The notes beneath the pieces are model-generated. The model had not been told where the DNA came from, made no database searches, and worked only from the letters and a program-made list of their open reading frames with translations. This document shows positions 63,756 through 64,000 of a stretch of DNA of 64,000 nt, piece by piece. The stretch spans positions 1,862 to 65,861 of IMG/VR virus record IMGVR_UViG_3300023179_000105. One strand, written 5' to 3'. The position numbers and the translations under genes are program-made. The number at the start of each line of letters is the position of its first letter. Position 1 is the first letter of the stretch. Origin of the DNA: a virus. Its lineage: Duplodnaviria; Caudoviricetes.

Positions 63756-64000
63756 TAAACGATCCTATATCTGTTTGCGCCAACTTGAACGGACTCTTGT
63801 AGACCTGGCTTATTAGCATTAGCCTTTGGTCCTGTGTCGATTCTTGGCATTTTATCTGTGTCAGGACCGGCAGTATCCATACTTGATGTAGCAGCGGATG
63901 CCTTTGGAGCACCTGATGCGGCAGCTGTATCGGACTGTGATGGTTCTGAAGGTGCTTTCCAACCTTTTGGTTGTGCTGCTGGAGCAGGTGCTGCCTTAGG
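63755..64000 (-). CDS. Partial Pro/Ala-rich protein (C-terminal 81 aa)
   Basis: Frame open from the window edge ...LQESVQVGANRYRIV*; not in the ORF track. Confidence 0.65.
   Translation of the reverse strand, partial: PKAAPAPAAQPKGWKAPSEPSQSDTAAASGAPKASAATSSMDTAGPDTDKMPRIDTGPKANANKPGLQESVQVGANRYRIV

Noticed and set aside
1-64000. Stop-codon reassignment, suggested by the many tiny ORFs
   Set aside because: Core genes are full length in code 11 and end in TAA, TAG or TGA; the small ORFs have their own RBSs and overlapping start/stops

Overview
64 kb of a large T4-like myovirus genome; nearly all genes are on the - strand except a + block at 27.8-33.0 kb. Left half: a tandem array of Ala/Asn-rich tail-fibre genes, a 2169-aa virion protein and a T4-type baseplate/tail module (gp8, 7, 6, 25, an apparently split gp5, hub, 53, 2, 4, 48, 54, 26, 51 and a 945-aa putative murein hydrolase/tape-measure-like protein). 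Middle: gp32-gp59-gp33, exonuclease, PhoH and a variable early region of small ORFs. Right: RNase H, glutaredoxin, 2OG-Fe(II) oxygenases, an L,D-transpeptidase, class II RNR, ThyX, primase and a GH19 lysis cassette. The main observations absent from the ORF track: (1) a circularly permuted, two-piece tmRNA gene of alphaproteobacterial type (tag ANDNFASFDLALAA) under overlapping sigma70-like and T4-late promoters; (2) an unannotated 43-aa peptide resembling the ribosome-rescue factor ArfA; (3) four early promoters with identical upstream spacing, each carrying a TGCGACA-N3-TGTCGCA palindrome matching the RegA/PrrA/RegR/SpdR box; (4) a structured leader with opposing late-promoter motifs on a GIY-YIG homing endonuclease. 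An alphaproteobacterial host is inferred. All family assignments come from motif recognition and synteny by eye; no database searches were run.
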